64,000 nt of DNA from Geosiphon pyriformis uo1 (taxonomy: Eukaryota; Fungi; Glomeromycota), in assembly GCA_016748015.1 (NCBI GenBank), contig JAAOMT010000003.1, positions 66,373-130,372 of the forward strand, read 5' to 3'. Positions 25,101 to 37,859 of this stretch are shown here, piece after piece. Position numbers and translations under genes: made by a program. A model generated the notes under the pieces. The model did no database searches. It saw only the letters and a program-made list of their open reading frames with translations, and was not told the origin of the DNA. The number at the start of each line of letters is the position of its first letter. Positions within the stretch are counted from its first letter, which is position 1.

Positions 25101-28100
25101 GCGATAGATTGTGATAAAAAAGATATTTATTCAAGCTTGTATTTCTTTTGCCCTTTGTATACCCTTCTTTTATAAATATAACATGGCTTAACGTTGTATA
25201 TCTGTCTTAAATACCAAGGTTTTTTAAAAAATTTATTATAATAATGTACTAAGAAATTATCAAAGACATAGCCACTTACTTTGTGTTTCAGTTCCATATT
25301 ACAGAATGCAAATCAGTTAGATTGTAAATAGACGTAATATTTTGGTCCCAGACTGTATACAGAAAGGCTGTTGTATTTGACTCACAAATTTGATTCTATT
25401 TTTATTCCTTTCTTTAAATTATTGAGCATAGTGCATTGAAAAGGATTACTATAACAGAAGAATTGGAAGTCTAATTTTTTATTAAAATAAGGTCTATGTC
25501 CTTTAAAAATTGTAGCTAGTGTGAAAATCTTTAAAAAATCGGAGGATCTGAGCTTTACAACTGTTGAAATTGTAAACTTGTTATGAATAAAAGTGAAAAT
25601 AACACTGCGAAATCTTCTTTCAAGCATTGCTTTATAGAGCAGAAAATAATTGTTATATTGCAATCTATCTGTAAAAACAGGATATCTGAAATTAAGATTT
25701 TAAAATTGAAAGCATGCAGTCTATTGATTTTATTTTGGAATAAATACTAGAATATATTCACATCACATCATGAGTAAAATTTTTAATGACAACCCATTTG
25801 CATAAATTTATATTTAAAAAAAAATGAATTGTTTCTTTTGATAACCTGCCAAAAATGAAAAGGTTAATGATCATTAGAAAACCGTAAAACTTTAGACCTT
25901 TAAAATTCCAAAAAAACGTTGAACACATTTTCAATGTTTTATATTGATTCAAATTCCATTCAGAAAAGCAGATTTGAAACATAATGTAGTTCTTGTCATA
26001 AAAAATCTCTGAATTTTCGATAGGAATTTTGGGTTCTTTATTCTGCCAGTCTGAAATTTTGTGCAGTTGCTTTAAAAAAGGTCATAAAAATTAAGATTAT
26101 ATTAAGATTAATAAAAATACCACAAAAATTTTGGAGGGCCACAAGTTTAAGAATATAAATGCATACACTATAGATGTCGACTTTTAAAATTACTAGCCCT
26201 CCTTTAATATTAAAAGATACCAGTCTTCTTTTATTCTGATTCTCTTTTAAATCTTCATTTTTTTAAAGATTGAAACCTCAATAATGTTTCAAATTTCAAC
26301 AATTTTTGTACAATTTATGCCTCTGCACAAAGCTCAACAAATATTATCACTGACAACAGCAAAATATTTCCTTAAGAAACATGCACTCCCTATCTCAGAA
26401 CTCATTATGATCTCACAATTTATAGTTATCCGATGCATTCAGAATCGCCTTTGATATGCCAAGATTCGAGGGAATTCTAGTTGATAAATTAATAATCTTT
26501 CAATATACATAGCATTACGTTTTGTATTTGTCTATAAAAGTGCATAAATTAATTTAGGATTGTTACGATGAAAAAAGTAATTTAAAATGTATATTAACAG
26601 AATCTAATTGAAAATATAAAACTTATCTTGAAAAGAATAAATCCTATTTTTCTTAATAGAAACTAGCATGACATAGCTATTAAGAAATTAGATTTAATAA
26701 TAATCGAAGTATATATATGTAGATTGCATTTAGGATTTTATTATTATAGCTGAAATTTGTAACACAAATATCTTTATAGCTGTGTTTCCAAATTCATGGT
26801 TATATTTAATGAAATATTTTCGTGTTTTAAAAAAAATAACTTGAATAGATGGAAATATTATATATAAAAAATATTATTAATAAGATTTGTAATTAGCTCG
26901 TTAATAGTGGAAGAAAATATTTGGTCTCTTAAGAAATAAAAATATAATAGCCTCAAAACAAAAATGCATATATTGTAATTCAGATTTATTAACTACAAAA
27001 TAAATTTGGGCTAACTTAACTACAAATTTATATCAAAGAAATCGTTGTAATCCAATCTTTTCAATTAACTTGACAGCTTGAGTTATAATAAATATAGATT
27101 ATTAATCATTCTATTTATTTCAATTTTATGTTTAATATAGGATTTATTGTAAATAAAAAGAGATATTAACAAAATATCTGATATTAAATTTCATAGGCAT
27201 ATGTTTATTTCTGTTTAGTTTGTATTTTAATCTACCATTATAATAATCAGGTGTGATTAAATTTGTGCAGGTTTTAACAAGTAATTTATAATTATAATAA
27301 AACTGTTAATGTATTATTTTTTTGTCAAAATTATATATATAGCTATCAAAAAATGATATTATAATATAATAATTATGTTGAAGTATTATGATTTAAAAAA
27401 TATAAAAATAATCTTATTTTTGAGATATAATAATAATAAAATTTGAAAATTGATTAGAAAAATAACTAAATAATAATAATAATAATGTAACTAAAAAAAA
27501 AAATAATAGTAAAAAATATTTTGGTAAAAATATTATAATAATAATTGAGAAAACTTAAAATTAAAATGACATAAATTAATGCATTTTAATTTTATTTGAC
27601 AGCTCCCGAATAGCAAGTGTGAAACATGATTGCTTCCATAGGTGATCTAATGATAGTCGATTACTTTATAAGAGAATTAATATTTTCGCGAGTGGAGGTA
27701 TTGTGACGAATATAATATAGAGTATTGTGGCAAAGTTGGCAAAATAAATTCGCGTGCGAGAATAAGACGCGTGAAAGTATGCCATTTTCTAATTTGAACA
27801 AATAGGTTTTGTATATTTTTTTTATCACAACCCCTCACAAATTATTAATACTGTAATTCGCCAAAACATTCCATATTACCTTATGTCGAGAAAGTTATTG
27901 CATCTCTGAGGTGTGGTGAAAGTTAGAAAAATAAAAAGGAGAGGGACATATATTTATTTTTTCTATTTTGTAAATTCTTCACAATTTCTTGATCAATATA
28001 ATCTAGCATAACTTTAAAAATATTCAATTTGAGAATTTCAAAAGGATTTGAACTTTTATTTTCAAACCAATTGTCTATTTAAATGAACTTTATATATTTT

Positions 28101-29849
28101 AGTCGATCTCTTATATATGTTTAAATTTTTGGTACTTTATTTCAATCAAATATATTATCTTGGAGAGTAAAAATTGTGCTTCTGATTCATGTGAAATAAA
28201 AGATTCTTGATATTCTTTTAATGGTAATTAAACTTTGCTTATAGAAATACGAATATTATGGTGGCGAATCTTTGATCTTGAATTTTAGACTGATATAACA
28301 CCAGGTCAGATCCTGCTCTTCGCCCACCAAGTATTTAACAGTATTAGAGTTATGATCTTGTTAAGTTAAAAGATAAATGATTAATCACATGATCCCTATC
28401 TGGTATTGTCTTTTTTCAAAAGTTTTTGTAAAAGTAAAACTTCCAATAACAATGCTTATTATTCCTGGAGTAACGACTTTATATTAAATGTATTAATATC
28501 AGAGAAAAAAATTACATCCCTAAAGTAAATTTATGAAATATTTTTGTGGAATAATGTAGTTTTGTTACGATATGAAGCGAATTCATTTTTTATCAAATAA
28601 GTTTTGTCAATAAAATCATTTAATACAATAAATTCTTAATTATTATCAAAAGAACAATACTCAACAACCAAAAAATACTATTCTCAGATTTCAGGACATA
28701 AAAATACATCCAAAATAATTATATTTTTCTAAAAAACTGCACAAAATTTAAAACTCTTCTTGAATAAACACAATAAAATATGATTCTTTGAACGAGTTTT
28801 CCAAATATTTAGATTAAAATCTAAATTTTAAATTTAAACGATAGATTACACAGAGGATCACAGAATATGTCTTAGATTCTAAATATATTATGATTTTCAG
28901 AGAACAATATTTGCTTCGAAAGTTACATAATATCAATTTTGTTTAAAGTCTCTTGTTTTGATTGAGATTTTTAAAGGTAAGTATCAAATGTTGTAGAATG
29001 AACACAAAATGATGTTCCCAAGAAAATATTATATATGAAATCGGCTAAATTATTGGGAGGAGGATTATTCAAAATAAAATGGAAAAAAAAATAAGGAGTA
29101 CTAAAGTTAAAAAATTAAATTTGCAAAGATTAAAAAGTTTATCATTAGATTGAAAGTAATCATAATTTAAAGTGAATAAAAGGATGATATTTTTCTATAA
29201 TTATTGAATCACAGAAACAATATTTTATTTAATGAAATATTTATACTTTAAGAGTCTTTTGTGTGGAAAATATTTACATTTGGCATTCAAAAATGTGTGA
29301 CTTTTAATACGGAAATAATCCCATTTATTTCTCTTTGTGTTCATAACTTTCTATGGTATCTTACAAATTTTAAACAAATTGTGTATTTTATCCCATTTGG
29401 TTGGGGACAAATGAATCTCCGAAAAGATAAGAAAATTTATCTTTGTAAATACCAACCGAATAGTTTCATTAACTATACAGTGCATCAATTTCCAAAGTTC
29501 CACCTATTTATTATGTCATTTTCATTTGGTGATTGTAAATACACCAAAATTACCTTCAAAAGAAATTTATTGCCGAGAACAATTGTTAATATATAATTAA
29601 TAAAGAACAATACTCAATTTGTATCAAGAATACGATAAAATTTTATTTTATTTCCACCAACTAATTTAAATGTAATTTTTACTATTTTTTGCATAATTTC
29701 TTGAATATAACACTGATAAGCATAATCAATAATTTAGGTAACGCTTTTTACCATTGTCTGTGAACGTACAAGATTTTTTTAAAAGAAATTCCTTAAAAAA
29801 CCTGTTTATTCCATACACAATTAAAATCAGCCGCCTTAATTATAGAAAA

Positions 29850-30051
29850 AACAATGCTTTTAACATAATTTAGGGCATTGTTAGTATACCTTAACAATGC
29901 TTCGGCAAATTTATGGTTAAATTGAACAATAATTTTTAACCTGGGATATTGAAAATTTCTATCAAAATTTAGCTTTTTACCATTTTGATTTAATTGGTAT
30001 TGTTTCCAATTATAGATGTTTATGTGAAGGACCTGATTTTTCACTATAAAA
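29850..30051 (+). promoter_or_regulatory. Promoter of the CaaX micro-ORF: clustered HMG-box (AACAAT) sites and TATA box
   Basis: AACAATGC at 29850-29857 (+), 29875-29882 (-) and 29893-29900 (+); AACAAT at 29925-29930 (+) and 29999-30004 (-). TATAAAA at 30045-30051 is followed by a CT-rich tract and an A-rich 5'UTR. Confidence 0.6.
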
Positions 30052-30158
30052 CTGACGGTTCTTTCCCAATTTCTTTTCTCTCAATCCAAACCAACAAAAG
30101 AAAAAAAGCAAAGCAAATTAAGTCAAATCAAATCAAATCAAATAAAATAATTTGAAAA

Positions 30159-30290
30159 ATGCAACCAACAACCAACAATCAATCCTCATTCAATCCACTC
30201 ACAATCATCTCTCCTGGCAATGGCTCTATTAAAGGACCAACCGGTGACCCAGATGATGGTAGCGGTACTGGCCAATGTTCAATTATGTAA
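30159..30290 (+). CDS. Putative a-factor-like lipopeptide pheromone precursor, 43 aa, C-terminal CaaX (CSIM)
   Basis: ATG 30159 in gaaaaATG context to TAA 30288-30290: MQPTTNNQSSFNPLTIISPGNGSIKGPTGDPDDGSGTGQCSIM*. It is a GC-richer island in AT-rich DNA, with a TATA box 114 nt upstream and AATAAA at 30612. It is below the ORF-track size cut-off. Confidence 0.7.
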   Translation: MQPTTNNQSSFNPLTIISPGNGSIKGPTGDPDDGSGTGQCSIM

Positions 30291-31879
30291 ATTTAAAGAT
30301 TACTCCCATCGAAAATTCTCTTTCTTGACCACCACCACCACCACCACTATCAATTTTTGTCGCCAAATTTGTAACCGAACCAAATTTTATAAAAGTTATC
30401 TTCGTTACCTCTGGACCATACTTTTTTAAGAGATTTAACGATTTGATTCGATTTAGTTAATACCCAGTTTAAACTCTATAAAATAATTATTTAGCCCCTT
30501 TAATGATGAATTACTACGATATTATCTCGTGTAATATTTATAATTTTAATTGTGTATCAATATTATAAAATTGATTTGTTTTTATATAATATAATTAGTT
30601 ATAAAATGTCTAATAAAGTGATTCTAGTAACAAGATCAATTTTTTTTCTCGAAAAAAAATTTTTGGTTCTTTTTTAATCATAAAAAAGAAAAATAATTGA
30701 TCCTTGACTAAACTGAATAGAAGCTTTTACTTAAAATTATTTCTTAAATATTGATTTTGCGAATATAAATGTCTGAAAATTAACTTCAAATTTTTTTGGT
30801 TCAATTAAATTTTCAGTTACAATAATAAAACAATTAACTGGTCTCACACCAGCTTTTTAACAAAAGTTTTCACTTCATTTTGAACAAATATATATCATAT
30901 TGAATAATAATCATTTTTCATGCGTAAAATCGGGTTCATTTTCAGCTTGCGAATTACTAAAATAAAAATCTAAAGTTCTATTCTAATTTCGCCTCAAAAT
31001 ATTTTAATCAACTTTTTTCTCAATTCATCCCGGTAATCCACGAAACAACAAGAAATAATTCAATTGTGTCACAACTATATTTCTCATGATAAATACATTG
31101 AATAATTGTATGGGCTGAAAATCTCGTGAATTAGTTACCCATCAAGGGTAGACTGTATTTTGAAGTTTTTTTATCACTAACCCAGTAAATACTGCATAAA
31201 ATGTGGTTTTAAAAAAGGAAGAAAATCAAAATATGACAAACAGTGCGAATCTGTTTGTATTTAAATGCTGATTATATATAAAGAATTTTTATTATTAAAA
31301 ATCTCATCAACTTTTGCGTGCATTTAAGTATCAAATTTAAGATAATTTCGAAAAATTTATATATTTCAGAAACATCATCAACCATTCTTATCTAACCATG
31401 AAAAGTTTTCGTTTTAATATAAGATAAAATATTTTCTAATTTTATATAAACTAAGTTTAATTATAAAATTTTCGTAACAATTTTAAAACTTGATTAATAA
31501 AAAAAAACTAATATGAAAGGCGACAAAACTACAAGGAATTTTGGAAGACAAGTATAATTTACAAAAATAAGTTTCCTTAAAAGTTTACACATGGTAAAAA
31601 ACAGTGTTTTTTTAGATTTAGCATTCAGCATTTTTTAAAAAAAAGCATATTTTTTGATTGCATTTCCCATTTTATAAGGAAGACATTAATGCAAAATTTA
31701 TTTTCATGGCGAATATATGCCGTTTTTTTTAGAATACTGAGTTGAAAATCCTTTTTTAAAAAATATATATTGAATTTCTTCATGTTACTTGTGCTTTTAA
31801 GTTAGAAACTGGTGGGGCAAAAATATTGAAATTCAACATACATTTTTTTATCATTAAATATTTTACTTTACTTGTACGT

Positions 31880-32150
31880 TATGATAAACTATTCCATATA
31901 GAAGCGTTAATGTAATAAAAAACAAAAATTTTATCTAATTTCAAAGGCCCTCATTTTAACAAATTGGTAAACCAGCTCGTTTCATATTACGTCCAAGGAA
32001 TGCTAACAAATTGTTGGTTCAAGTGGATCAAGAATGGTTTGCAAATGTATTAATCATGATAAGTCCTTTAGTAGAACAAATTAATTGTACTATAGAGAAT
32101 AAAAGTTATAATAAATTTATTTTTGTGGACATGGTATTAGCGATGGTAAT
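31880..32150 (+). pseudogene. Class-3 lipase-like pseudogene fragment (GHGIGG-type)
   Basis: Frameshifted pieces FKGP (31940), VQVDQEWFANVLIMISPLVEQI..NKFIF and GHGISD (32127-32144), followed by a GTAATG donor-like site. This matches the alpha/beta-hydrolase order F(R/K)G ... helix ... strand-GHxxGG. Confidence 0.5.
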
Positions 32151-32599
32151 GAGCCTTTTGAAATGATTTGGTAGGGAGCAGGTTATGATCAGTGGAAACT
32201 TGGGTTTTTTTTTGAGGATTTGAAAATTTTGTTTGAATATTTTTTCTACAATTTAGAAAAAAAATGTTATTATCCAGTTAAAAATGAGCTATCAACATTG
32301 CAACATCATAAAAAATTTGAGATATATTTATTTCTTTGGGTATAAATTTGCATCAAAACACAGTAATTAAAATTTTTGATATGAAGCCAGTATTCTAAAA
32401 GATAAATTTAAGAAATATTCTTTTGGAGTAAATGAAAAAATATATGTTAATTACCTAACCTCCCAACAAAAAAATGAAAATTAATATTTATAATAAAATA
32501 TAGCAAATAAAACACTGATAATTTCTTTCAATATTATAAATGTAATTATTTTTACTGCACAAGCTTAAAATTTTGTATAGTTTAATTTGAATCCGTACG

Positions 32600-35500
32600 G
32601 CTTTTAAACAAAACAAAATTTTCTCTTTTTCATACTGGTTAACACTCAATTATATAATAATGATACTCAAATGAATTATTAAATTTCTTAATTAGCTTTT
32701 AATTAATGATTTTTTATTTGTTAAAAATAATTGGAAATTGAGTTCGATATATTATATAAAGTTATATTATTAAATAATTAATTATTAAATTTATTAATTC
32801 TCTAAAAATTTTTGAAGAAATTAAAAAATCAAAAAAAATAAGTTTGTTATTTCAAATATATATTTATATATATAAAACAAAAATTATTATAAATAAAATA
32901 ACTATTGCATTGATTATTACGATATAGTTTAAAATTGTAATTATATAACATTAAATATTACACTGGTTGAAATTTTTTGAAATATTATTTTTATAATAAA
33001 ACAAATAAATTAATTTCTTAATTTTAAATAATTTAAATATTCAAGTTTATCTATTTTTAGATTTTTTAAGTTTAATTAATATTGCTACAATTGAAATTTT
33101 TTTCCTATTTTATATATATTTTATAGAAAAGCAAATATATTTTTTAAAATTAATAATTATTAACTTGATCATTAACCAAAATATTAACTTGTTTTTTTTT
33201 ATAACTATATGGGCAAGATGTATTAAAATTATAGAAAAGTATCTGATTACTTAAGTTTTATCAATCGAATTTATTTTTATTCAATTTTCTTTTATTTAAA
33301 ACATTTAAAAATAGGAAACATAATTTTTTACTTTTTTTTAATTTGTATTATTGTTAATTTAGATTAAATAAACAGTTATTAAAAAATATTATTATTTGTT
33401 ATTAAATTTTAAAAATGCTAATTAAACATAAAATTATTACATTTGTTTTATTTTTTGCCAATAAATACTATTTTTTAATTTTTTCGAAAATTTACAATTG
33501 TAATTATAAAACTAATCACATTAATTAAATTATTTACTATTTAATTTGCTTTTCTAATTGTAAATATATTCTACTTATTTTTATTGTTATGTAACAACTC
33601 TTGTATAAAAATTACTTATTTTAATTATAAAAAACGAAAATTTACTTTTTTATCTAATTTGTCTTTTTGTTAAAAAACAATTTAGAATTGAAAATTATTT
33701 TTCAAAAAGATATTAGTAAAGCTACAAAAAAATATTAAGTATATAATAAGTACTTACTATAATATATATATATATTTATACACAAATATAATAGTTGAAT
33801 TTTATTTTATTAAACAATAAAAAATATTTATGTGTTGTTTTTTGTTAATACAAACAAAACAAATAGTTTTGTTATGTAAACTCGAAATTCAAATAATTAA
33901 TTAATAAATTTTTTGCTTAAGTTATTAAAAAATTAGACAATCTTAAAATTAGAATACAAACTTTAATATAACCAACATTTACTATTATTTATAACTTTTA
34001 ACAACAAAATTATGATTTTTTGCTTGTTAAATTTTGGTTATATTTAAAAAATCGTAACAATTTTTAATGTTTTTGTATTAAGATAATATATTGATTTTAT
34101 TTTATACCCAGTTTTGGAAAATTGCAACCAGTTCAAGTTTTTTTAAGAAGCTATGCTTTGTACAAAAATTCAAACAATATATCTTTGAAAAAAAAATGCT
34201 TTTTTTATTTTTTAAATAATACTATTTTGAATTTTAACAGTATTTTTTGGCAAATTTTTGGTAAATTTTCAAGTTAAAAGTAAATTTTAGCAAATTATTA
34301 TAGAGTATTTGATTGCACTTTTAAATTGTACAAGTTAAGCTATCATTAAATAAAATTACAACAATTTAACTAAATAATGATAAATAATTAATACTAAAAT
34401 ATAAAAAATAATATTGCTAAGTGATAATATAAATTTAAGAAATAATTTTATGTTAATTTTTGGATAAACTTTTAATTAATAACAATATATTTTTCAAAAA
34501 TAAAAATAAAGAATCAAATATGAAAATTACTTAATTATACATAATGTAAGAAAACTATAATTAAATCTAATTTTAATTTTATTATAACTAAATTAACTAA
34601 TAAAAAAATAAAAATATTAATGTTTTCAAAGCTATTTCTGGTTAAAAAACAAAATATGTATTAAAACTAATATAAAAATATTAAAAACAAAAAACTATAC
34701 TATTATAATTAGCAATAAATATTTCAAAGCAGCCAAACTATTTTTAATTAGAATTTATATAAATTAATAATAAGTATTATTATTAGACTTTTTTTAGAAT
34801 AACTTAAAACCAATTTCAAATTATAAAAATTTAAAACAAAGATACAATAAAAAATTGTTAAGTAATATTTATAACTTTTAACAATAATAATAAATTTTTA
34901 CATAATATTTAATTAACAAAAATATTATTATTAAATAAAAATTTATTTGTTAATTCTATTATAATAGATTTTTACTGGTAACCAAATAAAAAATAAAAAA
35001 AAATTGCTAATCACACCAAATAAAAAATATAACAAATACAAAAGTTTTTGAAAATAAAGTATATAAATTCAATTTATAATAATCAAACAAAAAATTAATA
35101 TAACATAAAAAAATCTTTTGGAAAACTCAAATTTTATTCTATTTATTAAAAACAAATAAATATATAAAAAAGCTTAATTTTATTAAAAAGCTAAAAATAA
35201 ATAAATTTTACAGTTAAATATTGTTACCTAAATATTATTAAACAAAACATGCAGTCTTTTTATTTTTAATTTAATAACACAACTTTGCAATTATTTTTAT
35301 GTTTTTTGATATTTTTAAATTTTTTTACATTAATTTTTAATGCAATAAATGGAAAATATGCTATTTAATATAATTGATTTAACTAAAAAAAAGTATACTA
35401 TAGAAATTAATTAATAATAGGTAGAAAGTTAAAAAACATAAAAAAATATTGAAAAAATGTTATTATTTAAATCAATAATTATTTATAAAAAGTTATTAAA

Positions 35501-37600
35501 GAAATCAATAATCAAATTTCACAAAAACAAAAAAAATAAATCTAAATTTAAAAATTTTTTACAGGATTATTAAAAAATCAATAATGTTTAAATATCTAAT
35601 TTTAAAACATAATAAAAAAAATAGATAAAAAAATTATAAATCAACTACATAATTCAAAGACAACATTTAATAATATATGCATGAAAATTTTGTTCTTTAT
35701 TTAATATAAAGTTTTTAAAAACCGATAAAAAAAATTTTCGAAATTGAAAAAATATATGTGCACCGCAAAATTGCTTTTAATAATTTAATTCAAATAAAAT
35801 AAGCAATTGCTATTTGCTATTTCTTTTTAAATAGTTTTTAGCAATAAAAAGCCTTAAGTTTAACAACCAAAATATCTTAAAAATATTAATCTATTGAAAA
35901 TTTAATATAAAGTTTCAAATTGCTGTAAATTCTAAATTTGCTTTTTGAATTTATTAAATTTATAATAAAATTAACTTTAAATATTTACTTTTTTGAATCT
36001 AGTAATTCAAAATGACTAATTTGTTTAAAGCTGGTAGTCAAACTATTATTTTATTCAAAAAAAATAAAAAAAATTGTTTTTAATAAATCGTATTTATTTT
36101 AAGTGTTTTAATTATTAAAATATTGAATAATTAATTATAATATTTAATAAGGGGTGTAGAAATTGAACTCTTGTACAAATAATAATTAATTAATTAATTA
36201 ATAAGATAATCTATTTTCAAAATTGAGTTTTTTAAAACTAAGTCTGTTTGTAATTTTTAAATAATAATTTACAATTATAATAAAAAAATTGTTGAAATCT
36301 TATTTTTGTAAGCTTTTTTCATTTTTATATAAATAAATTTAATAACTGTCTTAAATTCTTTTAAAATTTGTTTTTTAATAGTTATTAAAATAAAAGGTGT
36401 TTTTTTAAATTCTGTTTTTTATTGATACAAAATTCTCTTAAAATTAAAATAAATTTATACTAATTTTATTATTTTACAACCACATTATTAAAGTTTTTGT
36501 TAATTTAATGTATTAATAAAAATGTTGGTGCAAACATTATAGTTTTTTTCAATTATTACTAAAAATTAAACAATAAAATACTTTGTATATATATTTTGTA
36601 AAAATAATAATCTTTTGATTAAATTTAAAATAAACAAAATAAATAAGTAAATAAAATTCGTATTTTTATTGTTTAATAAAAATAATTAATTCTATGTTTT
36701 ATAAAAGTTTTTAAGATCAATTAAAAAATTGATATTAATTAAAATCAAATTAATAAAATAATTAGCTATTTGGACTTTACAAATTAAAGAAAAAGATTGT
36801 TATTGTTTACAAAAAACTTGATCAAAATGTTTATCAATTTTCATAAAAATTTCGAATCAAAAATTTTTACAAGTTTTATGAAAACCAAAAATAAGTTGTA
36901 AGTTAACTAAAAGCAATATAAACAGAAGTTCTTATAAATTTTTAACTATTGAATAAGTATTTGATTTTTAAAAAGGGCATTTATTAATTAAAACTGATAT
37001 ATTAAAGCTTAAACAAAAATATTTTCTTCAAAAATTTAAAATAACTTGAAATACATCAAAAGATAAATAAATTTCCAAATACAACCACTTTTAGTATTTC
37101 ATTAACCATATTTAGTTTTATAAATTTTAAAAAATTGAATTTATTTTAGTTATTGTTAACCAACTTATTAAAATAGCACATTCTAACTTGCAAAAAAAGA
37201 ACCCTTTTTTTAAAAACTGCAAAATTATTTCTACAATATTTAATAAAATTACAAAGAACATTGTTTTTGCTTATCATTCACAGTTTGCTTTCAAGTTTTA
37301 ATTTCAATTATTTCAATTATTTAGAATAAATACCAACTCTTTTATAATTTCCAAAGCTCAATTGTTTTGCTATTTTATTTATCTGGCCTTTAAAAGTGGG
37401 TTTTTATATCACAAAACACTTTCTTGATGCAATTGGTTAAAAAATTAATAAATCATCCAATTAACCAATGAATAATATTCATGGTTTAAAAATTAATGAA
37501 ATATTTACTAAAGCTGAGATGAAAATAGTAAAACCAAAGGTTATCATAACATAAAAAAATCGAGTTTGCACAAACCTGAATTCTTAATTATTATTATTAC
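32600..37600. mobile_element. ~5-kb ultra-AT-rich decayed block, probable retrotransposon relic(s)
   Basis: Extremely low GC, CpG almost absent, no ORF in the track over 5 kb. Similar blocks at ~39400-40920, 42700-44000 and 44700-45800. Family not confirmed. Confidence 0.4.
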
Positions 37601-37859
37601 GTATTAAGGTTTAAAAAAATAATTCAGGCAACCAAAAAAGGCAATATCTGCTGATCTATGTTCTTTGAAAAATTATAATTATCACATTGCCAATGGATAG
37701 TAGTGCCAAAATTCCTTCTCTATTTAGAATTTGCAGCCACAGCAATGAGTGGCCTCGCGCTTCGCCTCAAATTTGAATTTAACTATAAAAATCTGAATAA
37801 TTTTCGGTAAAAATTTATAACTGCAAGTAAAAAAGAATTAATAAATTTCTTATTAAAAA

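Noticed and set aside
25250-26460. Moderately GC-richer segment with short minus-strand ORFs
   Set aside because: May be a decayed gene, but no family motif was recognised.
28275-28315. TPP-riboswitch-like or tRNA-like reading of the hairpin (minus strand ctgacctggtgttatatcag; ends in CCACCA)
   Set aside because: It lacks the CUGAGA and CGNAGG elements of TPP aptamers and has no cloverleaf or TTCRA T-loop.
29261-29310. Possible second pheromone copy (QKCVTF) near the position predicted by the upstream duplication
   Set aside because: The Cys motif is not followed by an in-frame stop and there is no similarity to the 30159 ORF.
30220-30429. 69-aa ORF MALLKDQP... from the ORF track
   Set aside because: It is an alternative frame overlapping the CaaX ORF, uses a downstream ATG in poorer context and runs through an (ACC)n tract in the probable 3'UTR.
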